NCBI GenBank assembly: GCA_013115125.1
Contig: JABANN010000325.1
Location: forward strand, 1-39,158
Direction: 5' to 3'
Length of the DNA: 39,158 nt
From: Perkinsus olseni
Lineage: Eukaryota
In this document: positions 21,301-33,572 of the stretch, piece by piece
Position numbering within the stretch: the stretch's first letter is position 1
Layout of the letters: every line of letters begins with the position of its first letter
The notes under the pieces: generated by a model
Told to the model about the DNA's origin: nothing
What the model saw: the letters and a program-made list of their open reading frames with translations, nothing else
Database searches by the model: none
Translations under genes and position numbers: made by a program

Positions 21301-23636
21301 ACTAGGGGAACTGACAAGGTAATCGAGATGAAGACCACCAGAGGCATGGGTGCGACTTCATCAGCTGAACTGTCTTGCTTCTCGGTAGAAACTCAATCGC
21401 CTTCTCCTTCGTGGGACAAGCGCGAAGCATAAAGTGAATGCGTGATAAGCCTCAAAGGTGCCGTAGATGCCACAGAGTTTATGTCGCTACAGAGTTCGGG
21501 GAAGGCGCGATTAACGAGATGAGCGATTGTCCCTTACAGATGTCGGCAACGGTGTTGGCTTCCACTCCGCAATTAACGGCGGCCAGAGCTAGACCCAAAC
21601 AGTTGGAGGCTTCTCGAATGCAGCATAGCTTTCCACTCCCTGATGTAGCACGCTTCACTCGAGGGTGATGGAAGGATAACCCCCTGACCTCGATCTCCTG
21701 TGGCTAAGACCATGCTGCCAACTGACAGGCCGGCAGAGATCTCCTTCGATGCGACTGAGAGTGGCTCTAGCATGCCCTTCGAACGGGGTGTTGCAGTGTA
21801 GTAGGCAGGCAGTCGCGGGACCTGCCGGAACGGACTCGAAAATGACTTTGCAAGATCACACCATCAACAACCACCGGAGGAGGATCAGAAACCTCGGATA
21901 CCGGTGGAGTTCACTCAACCATGGGACTTGCGTCACGCAAGTTGCGTGTTCAAGGCACGTCGCGACCGCAAAACGGATCGCTTCGTCACTGGCGAACAAC
22001 CTCACGGTTATGAGAGGCATACCACCAAACGCGAGAATTCACAGCACTTCTCTTCCTTCACGGAAGCAACCACAGAACAATAGACGGGAAATAGAATACA
22101 TCTAATGCGACTGATACAAGTACACGGAGGCCCATCACGTCTACAGTCGTCCCCTCACAGGGAGGCATCCCACCACTTACAGTGCCCCATCGTTTGTCGG
22201 CCCCTTTAGGGTCGGTCGTCCTCATTATCACTTCCGTCTCGGAGGAGCTGATGCAGAACGTGATCTCGTCAGTCGCTGCCGACTGGCCGCTCTCCAGAAT
22301 GGCATGAGTGATGCGGAAGTATCTGGAGGGATCTCCTACGGCGAGAAGAGCGCAGACTCGCAGGTACATCATATCGACGAAGGCAGCTCCGTAGACAGGG
22401 TGATCTCGACCACGCTGTAGTCGCCGATGAGCGCTGAACCAGTCCCGAGACGCTGCCTCCGAGCCACCTACATCCACGAGAAGCTAGCAAGAGAGAGACC
22501 GCTGGCTGGGCTCACTGGTGTCGAACAGGTCGTAGGCATCTTCCTCCCGCAGTTTAGCGACATCCACACCCTCCATGGCGCATAAGCCTCGTCTAAGCCC
22601 CCATGTTGGCACCTAAGTATGAGCATCAGGGTCGCTTGTGAGCGATGCAGCAACTCACCCCGATGAGCTCATCCACCTTCACCAGCCGCGGCACCTTCAA
22701 AAACTCACCAAGTGCTCGAGTTTGCACCGATCGATCACGTGCTCCAGCGGCTGAGGGAACATGCACTAACTGCAGGGAGTGGAGGCTCTCAATGCCCTAC
22801 GCCCGAAGGGGACCTCAACTAAGTGGATGGTCCTAGCCTTCAGAGGCGGCTGTACACTCGGCCGACATGACACCTAGATGGTGAGGGTGCGGGGGGATGC
22901 TCAGAAAACCCCACCCTACTTTCGACTTCCCCACCGTCAACCGCAGTGCAGCCAGTATCGTTGGTGGCAAGTGTAACGCCATGGATGCCCCGGGCACTGC
23001 GAAACACCTACGGTCGGGCTACGGGAGGACACCGCGCAGAAGCCACCCGCTCACGCTTTCTCAACCTCCTCAGGCAGGCCTTCTGGGTAGGGCAAGAGCC
23101 GGACAACTCTGACTGGCAACGTCAAGGCCTCCTGCTGCTGTAGCCAGTGCTTCATCCACCGGCTCGAGGGGGTTTTCTCACTACGAGCTGGCGGCACCTT
23201 CGAGAGGTAACCGTATAGGATAGAGCTATCGGGGTCTGCCCCCGCGTTCCGGCACAGTATCTGGGAGAACTCCGACAGGCGCGGCCGGTCCAAAAGAGGA
23301 TGGATATGAGCTTCTCAGCGAAACAGCAGCGGGCGCCCCTACGGCAGATCCCAGCGAAAGGGTGACAGCCAGACACACAGAAGGAGCGATGCGCACGAAC
23401 GTGTACTGAGGTAAGAGTGGTACTGCGCGTAGCCTACCTCGAAGAGCCGACGATGTACGAACCCCTCTGAGAGAGTGTCCCTCGGCAGGCGCACAGATTC
23501 TGAGGCCAAGGGCACTGGTTGCAGCAGTCTGTAGGACTTGAGCTGCAGCTTGGTGCCTTGAGAGGAGGGCATGGGAATAAAAACTAACGAAGCTCCAGGT
23601 CCATTCTGTAGTACAACGCATACCCTCAAGAGTCAT
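18351..23636 (-). CDS. PEX6: Peroxin 6, AAA+ ATPase, multi-exon
   Basis: D2 domain: [58 protein letters not shown]...[38 protein letters not shown]1 is degenerate (GDRGSGKL; VLLLRNI), as expected for Pex6. Ends [18 protein letters not shown]. The 5' extent is inferred. Confidence 0.88.
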
Positions 23637-23726
23637 CGTTTACACGTCACAAGCGCCTGAATGATGCTATACGTACAACGCAGTTGTTACGGCTAATGAT
23701 ACACGGGGAGAAGAAACTCGGCTGAA

Positions 23727-25748
23727 TTAGTCGCTCTCAAAGCCAGGAGAATCGTCATCATCGACAGCCATCTCCTCATTCTGGTCACCGTCAGTGTAGA
23801 TCAGACTGTTCAGGACTTCACGAGCGATCAAACCGTCACGCGCCTGAAAATTCGAACGCTCGGCACGCGTCAGTGAGTGCTGCAGATCTTACCAGGCACC
23901 GAGCACGACCAATGACACCGGGGGTGAGCCGGAACTGCCGCGTCCACCGAACGCCCTGCAGCATGTTCAGGTGAACCTTCGGACGCTCGGGCGGGATGGC
24001 GCTCTCGTCGAGATCGAAAGCCGTGAGATCGTGGAAGTACTCTCCAAGGAAGTACCTCGCCCCACCTGATAATGATTATCGAAATTGTCGCAAAAGTCAC
24101 AGCGATCGCCTGCCCACCAAAGACGTAGATTTTCCTCTGTGATTTGAGGTAGGCGGCGCCACAGTGACTGCGGTATCGGGTCTCAAGAACCGGCTGGCCC
24201 ACCTCTTCATGGAGCGTCATCTTGCAGCCGATCTAAAAATAGTTTTCAGGCTTCGGGTTTTTAACCCGAATTGATCTTCGATTGCTGCTCACTTTCGCCC
24301 ACTTATTTTTGGCCAGATCAAACCTCCAGGGGGCGCAAATATCTTCGTAGAGACTCCCATAGCTCCTCGACATCCGATCGTAGTTGTACGTTTTGCAGCC
24401 GCCAAAAGTGAGGACCTCTCGAGACGACAAGGCGACCACGGCATTCCCCAGCAGCAGCGGAGGGCCCACTCCTGACGCATCAGAGACGCTCGTCCACGTC
24501 AAAGTCGGCAGATCGAGTATCCAGATCTTTCCACTGTCATCCATGTTCACCTCGTCAGGACTGAAACGCCACTCCGACCCACCAAAGACGATCCACTGCG
24601 ACCCAACGCGCTGCGAGCTGTGCCACAGACGCGATGGTGGCGATGGGCCGGTCACTTCGATTTCTCGCCAAGTTCGAGTAGCCAAATCAAACTGCCACAG
24701 ATCGTCGAGGAAAACATTATCGACGCCACGGCCAGCATGCAGGATAAATGTTCCCTTCCAGAGCACGCCCTGGGCTCCAGATCGAGCCAAGGGCCTCGGG
24801 GATTCATCCAACGGCTCCACCACCTCCCCGCTGAGGCTCGGCCGATCGTCTAGCGTTACACCGTGGGCGTACTGAATGGTCAAACGTGTGAGGTCAGCGT
24901 CTGCCGCCACATGGTTGCCGCCTCCGAACGAGTAGATCTCAGCTCGTACTGTCGATGTGGTGTCGTCTGTGATGATGTCGCATGCAGCACCGTGCATGTT
25001 AAGGGCCGGGGGTGCATCGAAGTGGCAAGGGGTTAGGGTGACAGGGGTAGTCGCGGTGTCCACTACAGCCGCACATCGTAATGGCTGAAATAACGAAGAG
25101 GGCGCTGCACTCGGGGGATACAACTCAGCCTAGTTCCCCTCTTGGAGATGTTATATCAGCATCGTCATACACAGTGGAAGAGTGTAAGGGTGCAAGACTC
25201 TGCCATGTAGCCTGCTTACCAGATTCTCGAGTCCTCCAGAAGACTCTCCGTAGTAGCCACCCGCGAGGAGGAGCAGCAGACCGAGACGATCCGAGAGGAC
25301 GAGCTGAGTAGCAGCAGTGTAACAGGGATAATCTGTGGCGCACTCCAAGCCCCGACTCACACAGTGGGCTGATTGAGCTCCCCAGTAGTTCTCCACAGCA
25401 ACCTCGGCATTCATGATGGTAGTGTCCTTAACACGCAGCGAAGCCAGGCCAACATCCAGATCGATGGCACTAGATTTGAGCTCCTCCAGGGTCTTACAGG
25501 AGCGTGGGCATGCTGAAAGGTGACGTGACGATATCACGGCTCGCAGAGCGCTCCAATGCGACGCCTAGCGGTAGTCCCTTACCCATGGGATCTAGTTGCA
25601 TGAGCAATTCGGACCAGAGGCCCCTCACGTTAACATACTCTTTGAAGAAGCGGCTGGTTCGGCCGAGTGTGATGAGACTCCGAGTGTCGGCGTAGCGTAG
25701 TAATACCTCGGCGTAAATGTGCTCGGCGAGGCCCGTGAATGAAGGCAT
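23727..25748 (-). CDS. F-box-like plus Kelch-repeat protein, multi-exon
   Basis: N-terminal F-box-like FTGLAEHIYAEVLLRYADTRSLITLGRTSRFF...LW. Kelch blades IYSFGGG, HAGRG...DDLWQFDLATRTW, SRLWHSS...VFGG, TFGG...WRFDLAKNKW and IYVFGG. Acidic last exon. Confidence 0.8.
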
Positions 25749-26130
25749 AGCTAGAGGTGTCAGAAACCATGCTAGCTACAACAGGTGAATCACCCTCATT
25801 TCCATGAATGAACGACAGACATTCCTTCTTACTCAGTTTGCATGGGACGCCCTTTCTCCGCCGACTACCCCCTTCAACGCAAAAGCACGAACGCAAACCT
25901 TCAATCAGCATTTACGAACATGATAGCCTCATTAATAAATAATACCAATCATCTCGCTACTCTCATCAGTAGCAATAAAACTGTCCCTCTGTACTATATA
26001 CGAATTGAGCTCATCTGCTCTACCGCCTCTTACGACCCCATACACACGACAGCACGCATAGTAGCAAAGTGACGATAATAATGGTACACGGAGCCTCAGT
26101 CGACTAGTCCGTCAGAGCGATCGAGATCTC

Positions 26131-27648
26131 CTACCGTTTACCAGCTGCGTCGAGCAACGGACGGGTAAGGGCCGATCTGCGGCTGACAAAGCGGCGGACA
26201 AACCAAGGAGCTACACAGGCTATACTTAGCACGAAGAACACAGCTAGGAGGAGTGCCCCGAGGAGTCGATAGCTGGCGTCCACCGTGTCGGAATGCTCTT
26301 CGATCGGCATAGAGCTGCGACTGCCATCGAGGCCGCCATAGACACCACCGTAGGCCGATACGGCCACGCCAACTCGTCTCTCCTTGGCGTCGTAAACCGT
26401 GTAGTGCTTCTTGAGGAAAGTGTCTCCCAATATGATAGGAAGTCCATCCGGGCTCATCTGTAGCTCAATCATACACTCGTTCTGTGGGGTTGGTAACGTG
26501 AAGTAGTCCGCCGGCGTGACAGTGTAGCGCATACCGTGTATGACGAAGACCATCGTGCCTGCACTCGACTGGGCCTCGCACGGGCAGGCGAGGAAGCCGC
26601 CCGGCATGAGGACAGTGCAGGTCACGAGGACTTCACTGGGCAGAAGAGCAGTCAGCAATGGTACATACACGTCCCTCGGTACAGTAATATAGGAGGTCCC
26701 TGTATCCAGGGCTGCCAGCTGCTGCTCCGAGATCAACACAGAAGCCGAGCCAGACTCATTCGCACCGAAGAACTCACTTACACTGCCCAATAGACCAGAC
26801 GACGTCTCTGCTTTCTCTCGCTGGGGCGATGGTGGGAGTGCCTCTATACTGATCTTGATGCTCCACCAGAGGTCCCCGACCACAGGGGCCCAGGTGAAGG
26901 TTCCATCACGGTAATTTTCCTCCTCTATAGCGCCGAACGTAACCGTACTGCCGAGTGACATTGTGAAAAGTGGATCATCGGTGAGAGAAAAAGAAATCAT
27001 CGGATAGTCCATGACCTCCTGAAGGTGTTGCAAAACAGTAGTCCCCGTCCGGGACAGGCCCGGCCATGCTAGGCCCATAATACCATCAAAAAACCTCATA
27101 TTCATGTCACGCTGGGCTGAAGCCAGGACAAAATTCTGTCCTGATATACACAGCTCACTAGAAAGGCCAAGGCAGACTCGGTCGTTCGTCAAGTTGCCAA
27201 AGACCGCTCCTTTGCCATAGTCCAACACCTTCTGCACGGAGGAGGTTGAGGATGTCTTTGATGAGTTATAGTCGTACATGGTCTGCGGTACCCACAGGTC
27301 GCTCGAGCCGGTGTCGAACTGAACCGTGAGGGCCTGCTCGGGAGACCCTAGGGTGATGGGGCCGTAGTACTGCAGATTGGCGAGGTTAAGAATCGGCTCC
27401 ACATAGTAGGTAAAATTTCCCACCATGCCGCTTTCTACTATGGGGACTTCCGGCGCCAAGTCGCCGTTGGAATCAGTGGTCGATGGCCTCGACAGCCGCA
27501 AATTGAAATGGGACAGCGGCACCCTTCGTTCGTTCCTGATGGCTGGATGGGTGCCTCGAGCCTTGGTCAGCTGCACTCTGACCGGCGCAGCAGAGGCCCC
27601 TAGCCAGCAGAGCACTAGAAGGGACCCGAGCAGTGGCAGCAGGCTCAT
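26131..27648 (-). CDS. Pepsin-family (A1) aspartic protease with signal peptide and C-terminal transmembrane helix, intronless
   Basis: 505 aa with a signal peptide, QYYGPITLGSP, catalytic FDTGSS and LDTGTS, DGIMGL, IILGDTFLKKHYTVYD, and a TM helix LLGALLLAVFFVLSIACVAPWFV followed by a basic tail. Confidence 0.93.
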   Translation of the reverse strand: MSLLPLLGSLLVLCWLGASAAPVRVQLTKARGTHPAIRNERRVPLSHFNLRLSRPSTTDSNGDLAPEVPIVESGMVGNFTYYVEPILNLANLQYYGPITLGSPEQALTVQFDTGSSDLWVPQTMYDYNSSKTSSTSSVQKVLDYGKGAVFGNLTNDRVCLGLSSELCISGQNFVLASAQRDMNMRFFDGIMGLAWPGLSRTGTTVLQHLQEVMDYPMISFSLTDDPLFTMSLGSTVTFGAIEEENYRDGTFTWAPVVGDLWWSIKISIEALPPSPQREKAETSSGLLGSVSEFFGANESGSASVLISEQQLAALDTGTSYITVPRDVYVPLLTALLPSEVLVTCTVLMPGGFLACPCEAQSSAGTMVFVIHGMRYTVTPADYFTLPTPQNECMIELQMSPDGLPIILGDTFLKKHYTVYDAKERRVGVAVSAYGGVYGGLDGSRSSMPIEEHSDTVDASYRLLGALLLAVFFVLSIACVAPWFVRRFVSRRSALTRPLLDAAGKR

Positions 27649-27871
27649 TGTGGGTAAAATGAGGAACTACGAATCTTCATGGGACGTGCGCCTGATGAGC
27701 TCGGACGAAGGCCCTTAGCTTACGCTGGTACGGTAATACGATCGACGAGAACAGGCTACTGGAGCGTCATGCTATTGAAAGGGTCCAGTCAGCGCAGAGA
27801 TCATGAACACAAGGGCAAAGAGGTGCTCATGAGAAACACTCGCAGGCCAGAAACAAACATCAACAACATGG

Positions 27872-29849
27872 TCAGGATTCTTCCTCCTTATCGGACTCCC
27901 CGAGAACGACAGACTCCTGCCCTGGGAGAAGGTCCAGAGGTAGACACCGACGATAGTGGTACCATGCCGACTACACATAGCAAGGACGAATCAGCAGTAG
28001 CCCCACCGGCCCAACGCTGGACATACCGGTCCGACGTATTCGGCTAGCTCTGACCGGCTGACCCAAACGAAGTCTTCAAGAATGCCATCTGGGCTGAGGG
28101 TGACTGGAGGGCCCGAGGGCAAGTGGATTGCCCGGTAGTAGAAAACCTGTGTGACGAGCATAGGGGGCGCTTAAGAGGCGACTCGAATAGTGCAAGCCAC
28201 GCGGAACTCGAGAGGCCACGGCATAGCGAAAGCGATGGAGAGGAGCTTCCTCACCTTGCTGCCGACAACAGCTCCATCGTCTTCAGGATTCCGTACCGAA
28301 GTGAACTTCCGGTAATGCATCGGGCATGTACCTGCAGAGCCAACATAAGCTGGGAAGATCGAGGCCTACTATGGCAGAGGGATCTGGGTGACCGGTACCC
28401 CACCCTACCCACGAAGAAGGGAGCATATCCCTCCCCCAGCTGAGCCGTACATATCTTCTGCAGCGTCTGAGAATCCAGAGGTCGGTCATGGATTCGGATG
28501 GCAGCAGGCTGGAAGATACCTCACGGGCAGTCATCCCATGCAAGTGACTAGAGAAAGGGAATGTCCATATACTCGATCCTCGATACTTAACCACCAGCCA
28601 CAGCATCTCCGTGCCACGACGGTCCATGTTGTGCATCTACTGGCAACGTCACCTCTCTTGTGAGAGTCGTGCGCTCTCTCAGTAGCGGCACAATTTGAAG
28701 CCAGGCATGGTCCTACTTCCTTGAGAACTCGTTGTTTGTCCATCTCTCTAAGGTCCTCTTGTTTTTTCTTCTTCTTACGCCCACCGCCAAGCTGCCCTTC
28801 CAAGCCAGACAGGCCCTAATAACCCACAACTGAATGTAACGAGTTCCTTCATCCGAAACCGCTGCCGTTGAGACATACCCTCGACCGGACAGATAGCCCA
28901 CCCTTCACCCCCAAGTTTCGATACCACATTTCCATCAATTCACGAGTACACTATACCATTATCCGAACAGGTCACATAAGCGAATACCACACACCTCGCG
29001 GTATGATACTACTGGATCATCCCCCCAAGCCTTGCCCTACCTCCTCAGCCATGAGCTTCTCCAACTCGGACATCTTAACCACCGTTCCTCCCTCCTGCTG
29101 CAGAATGTCCGTTTGTGAGCCCTCTCGCAACAGAGCCAGTTCCTGGCATACAGTATCACACTCAGCGTCACACGCCACGAAATTACCCGCCGACTGGGCA
29201 GGAAATGATGGGGGAAATTCTGGTATACTAGACTGTCAGCGATCTCCAACTGATTAGCCGTCCGCTCCTCCCACTCGGCTCGCCACTCTCTATGTTCCCG
29301 GATGAACGCCGGCTCAGTATACCTACATCGACACTTCACGCCTTCGGACGGAAGCCGGCGGCCAAGACAGGTCAGTCGCCGCAAACGCTGATGAAATCCT
29401 GAAGAATCCTCGCAACTCCTACCAGTTTCTGCACGGTCAAGAAGGATGAGAATGAAGCACGGGACGTATACTACGGTAGTATTACTACCACTCCCCTCTA
29501 TAGAGGACACCGCCCTCGAGAGGAGGTGACCCGACCACACTACGCCTCGTCTCTGCAACACCGTCTATCCCGTAAGGTAGTTACCTCCCCCGAGGCGCAA
29601 TTCCCATTGAGCGCTCTACTGAGTAGACGCTCATCGCCGGCATGCTTACACTGGTGGCAGCCTGCATATGCTCAGAGACATCACCATCTTATAGCCCTTA
29701 TGGACTGCTACGGCCGGCATGTCCGCGTACTTCCCCAGTTCATTCTCTGCTACCGCAGTGGCGCTGCTGCTGCTGCTGCTGCCGAACCCGCGTCGAGTGG
29801 AAGTGACAGCTGATCGTCTCAGAGCATTCCCAGCAGTCCATAGTCTCAT
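27872..29849 (-). CDS. MRPL46: Mitochondrial ribosomal protein mL46 (Nudix-like fold), multi-exon
   Basis: Presequence-like MRLWTAGNALRRSAVTSTRRGF. Then SICRLPP..EPAFIREHREW, HNMDRRGTEMLWLVVKYRGSSIWTFP, GSK|VFYYRAIHL and EDFVWVSRSEL, corresponding to mL46 SL.R.L.R.LYLLVK...W.FP, GAKVFF.KA and DF.W....EL. Confidence 0.78.
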
Positions 29850-30126
29850 TGAGGAGCAACTGAATGGCAGCTCGGATACTTTCCACTCCGTGAGTAGGCA
29901 TGTCACCGCCTTGCCGGAGCACGGTACTGGCAGGCAATCACTCATCGCGAACTCTAACACAGGCAATCTACACATGCTGGGGTATGGTCCGCGCACTTCG
30001 CCTGCATCCTTCACCTTAGTTGCCCGCAGCTGGAGAGCCCTGGTGGTAGTGGACCCAATGATGATGAGATTTACCCACTGAACACAAAGCAGCCGATTAT
30101 GAGGATGAAACTTCAGCTATTATTCT

Positions 30127-33100
30127 TCAGGCGGACATATTAGTCAACAACTCATCCATCGCCTTATCGATCTCCTCCTCTCTTGAGATACACCCAGCTA
30201 TCGCACCTGAATCTGAGAGTAACCACGGGATGAAGACGGCAACTGGTATGCCCCTCCAAGCACATAGTTCTACTTAGCAAGACAGAACCAACAGCGCGCA
30301 CCCCACCGACTTCGGTTCTACACCGCCTGGTTATGCCACTACCAACAATCACGGTGCTATATAAACCTATTGCCATGGCAGCATCGCTGCCCTCTACCAC
30401 CTAGGCGCAGGGCCGAACAGGCTACAAAACGAGAGCCTCCTTACCTGCGGTATCCTCATCGAGGAGTAGAGTGATGTACACTAGGAGATGGAAGTCTGCG
30501 TACCGTGCCCACGACGGAGTCCCGGCTGGTATCTGACACCTCTGGGTATCCTTGCAGCAGCAGCACTGTCTTACCTGTCGCATGTATTGCTTTATGTCGT
30601 CAGGCGTCTGCTTCCGGCTCCGATTTTCCCTGAGAAATAGTCACTGCGCCACGAAATTCACTCTGCCCATGCTACCTAGGGAAATGTGAGAATCGGAACA
30701 TGCTTCGCTTCTTCAGCGGGACACCATCGTTGACCTTCACCAAAAGCCAGTCCGGATCGAACTCCGTGACCTCGGACCCGCTGGCCAACACCGGGGGCAT
30801 CATCTCTTGCTGAAGAAAAAAGTCACTGCGCCACGAAATACTCAAAACTACTCTCAATCCGCTAATCGCCAGGCGTTTTAACAGATTAGACCATAGTTTG
30901 CTATTCGACAGCAACATAGAATACAATCACCATCGAGGACAGGCCCAACCTATCTAGATCCCATCTAAGAGATGCTCAGAAATGGCAGGCGGCCCTTCTG
31001 CCACTACCATAACCGTCAGAGCTCGAACAGTCACGCGGCCATCACCCAACATGATCTACCGTTATCACCTCTCGAAGCGCTCCGAACAAGCCCGCCCGCG
31101 AACACCCTCACAAACCCATCCGGTTTCTACATTGAAAGGCTCCCTCAGCTGTACTCTAGTAGGTGTCTCAGCGGTTTTCTTGACATCAAATAGACCGTCC
31201 TGTAGCATCCCCTCCGCCTGGTCCGAGGCCATCCAGACCTATCCAAACAACTACATCAACCACCATCCCCACTGCAGCAGCAGCAGCCACCCACCATCGT
31301 TTCTGGCTGTCCTTGCTTCTCCTCGTTGGGCTTCACTATTGCCGTTACAAACTTGCTCACAGGGTACCCCGTATAGTGTTCACGCCTTTCCAACTAAAAC
31401 AGGCGAGAGAGGTAAGGAAAGAGAGGGCGCAGCGAACGAAATAACGGCTTACAAAAAAACAGCATCTACGTACGAAGGAAAAACAAGCAACGACACTAGG
31501 CAGAAACCACTCGTGGCGAAGCCGTTAGCTCTGGGCCATACCGTCTGGCTGCCACACGGCGTGCTGAGCACAATCAAAGACAAGTGGCAATAAAAGCGTC
31601 AGCATCATGTTGGTTGCAAGAAACTGCCCAGCAGGAAGAAAGTGCCCGCGTGTTCCGTCAAATATTGGCCACTGCTACCTCTCACTGCAGCGATGATTGC
31701 GATATCCTTACTGTCATTCCAGAGAGAAATGATAAACCTCCTATGTGAATAAGAATTGATATTGATGATCGACATCATAACTTCAATCCAACGAATACGT
31801 TATTTGTGGCATGGAAGGACGACCAATATATCAGTACTCTAGCTCCGACTATCTTGCTCCATAAACACCCTCATTACCAGTTTCTGCAGCCGTGCTGACG
31901 CCAGCAGCTCCCCGCTGCTCATCTCGTAGTCCCGCGGGAGGGAGGTCATAATGCATCCAACTCTCTCGAGACCCAACTTGGCCATTACTGCATCTATCTT
32001 GGCCAGATCAGGGTCCACCATACCCTCCCCTCCAGGGATTCCCGAGCTAGGCTTGCCACTCGACGCCTGACGTAGGATACCGGTGAAGGCACTTCGCCCG
32101 CCCTGCATTTTCGAGACCTCTGTGCACAAACTCTGGACAGCGTGATAGGAGAATTCCTCTCATGTATAGCTCCAGCCAACCGACGATAGCTTCACGTAAT
32201 ACACGTCACGGCTGGCCCCCTATCAAGCTGAGAGTGATGCAGGCTTTCACGCGAACCTCACAACGCGCCGCCGATCGACTGCAAGCCGTCTGGCGGGAAT
32301 CTTTCGACTGCACCCGATGCTTCCATCAACCCGAGTTTCACAACACTACGTGAGTCGAACCGCTGCTGCCCTTTCACACCTCCTGCATAGCCACCAGCAT
32401 TTCGTTCATCCTGAGGCCTCCGCTAGCGGCATTGAAGAGCTCCTGCTTTGGGGGCTCGTATATACCCTCCACCACAATTCGGCACCCATCGTCGTAGTTG
32501 GGGTCGGATAGGTAGTAACTAGAGGGATAACCCACACTGAGCAGTCGGACCAAAATTCATGCTACCATTACCCGTATAACCATCCACATCGCTGCTGAAG
32601 CATCTCCTTATCATACTAAGACAGAAAAGCAACCACATAACAACAAACGTGATCGCTCCGAAGTGAAGCCAGGATAGCTCGGAACGGCCCTCACCTGCCA
32701 GTACTGGACGAACGACTTGATCTCCTCGGTGTTCATCCACTCACAGTGATCAACATGGCGGTATCTAAGTGGAAACTAAGTTAACTGTGAGTTAACCTCG
32801 CCATACTACCTCTGTCTATTAAGCGTGAGCGCTGGAGGTAGTTTGGTCATCCGTCCCTTCTCTAATACCACTGGCTTGTAGTGTTGTGATAGGGGCAGTA
32901 AGGATGTCTCATACCTATCATCATAAGACAGCTTATACACGGATACTGACACGCACCGCAGCCACCCAGCAGCGTCCATCCCTCGACAGGAAAGGTTCAC
33001 TGCGGAGAAGCCCTACTGTTTCTCGAGGAGAGTACCGTCATTCCCACAATTCCACTAACGTTACGCCCATATACCGCAGATGACATACGAGAGCTACCAC

Positions 33101-33363
33101 CGGTGCTTCAACCACCCATCATTGTTCAACCCGATGCCGCCGTCACCACCGAAGCAACCCCTTATGACTGCCATCTAGTTTATCACGTCAACTGGCCCTC
33201 CCAGAAACCAGTGACCTCACAGCACTAATGAAGAGCGACACGTGATTAGGACACTGCTGCATTCACGTCTACTCCCTACGTACTTATGGTCCTTCAAATA
33301 GCTTTCAAAACTCTGAAAGTTGCGCTTGGTCGCCTTCTGATCGCCTTGATCCGATGATGACAT
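30127..33363 (-). CDS. NPL4: NPL4, Ufd1-Npl4 cofactor of Cdc48/p97 (MPN-like), multi-exon
   Basis: PPALTLNRQRYRHVDH, EQRVGWLYGY, RIVVEGIYEPP, LGLERVGCIMT, MSSGELL, SKFVTAIV, WMASDQAEGM, WLLVKV...FPRENR and ADFHLLVY. Confidence 0.9.
30639..30839 (-). repeat. 19-nt identical segment at the 3' ends of two adjacent NPL4 introns
   Basis: AGTCACTGCGCCACGAAAT at 30639-30657 and 30821-30839, each about 10 nt from the acceptor AG. Confidence 0.9.
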
Positions 33364-33572
33364 TATCACACGATTAAACTAACAGGAATGTACAACTTGC
33401 ACGCAACAGTGTCTCCACCGGACCGCCCCACCACTGCATCACAGAAAGTAGTACCACAAGTTCACAAGAGGGACAGGTAGCATAAGCCCTGCGAAATGAT
33501 CGTCTCATTCATCCCTCAGCCCTCCCCCAATTGAAGCAACGCAACGAGAGCAGTGAGCCCGATGGACTGACA

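Noticed and set aside
29762..29781. (GCT)n microsatellite
   Set aside because: It encodes a poly-Ser run after the mL46 presequence; ordinary low complexity.
30982..31593. 203-aa plus-strand ORF and other antisense ORFs (e.g. 20944-21432, 24384-24875, 28868-29257)
   Set aside because: These are antisense shadows of confident minus-strand genes, with no recognisable motifs.
18351..33363. PEX6, F-box/Kelch and NPL4 as a ubiquitin/AAA-extraction gene cluster
   Set aside because: They act in different pathways and are interleaved with mL46 and a protease. Ubiquitin-related genes are common enough for chance adjacency.
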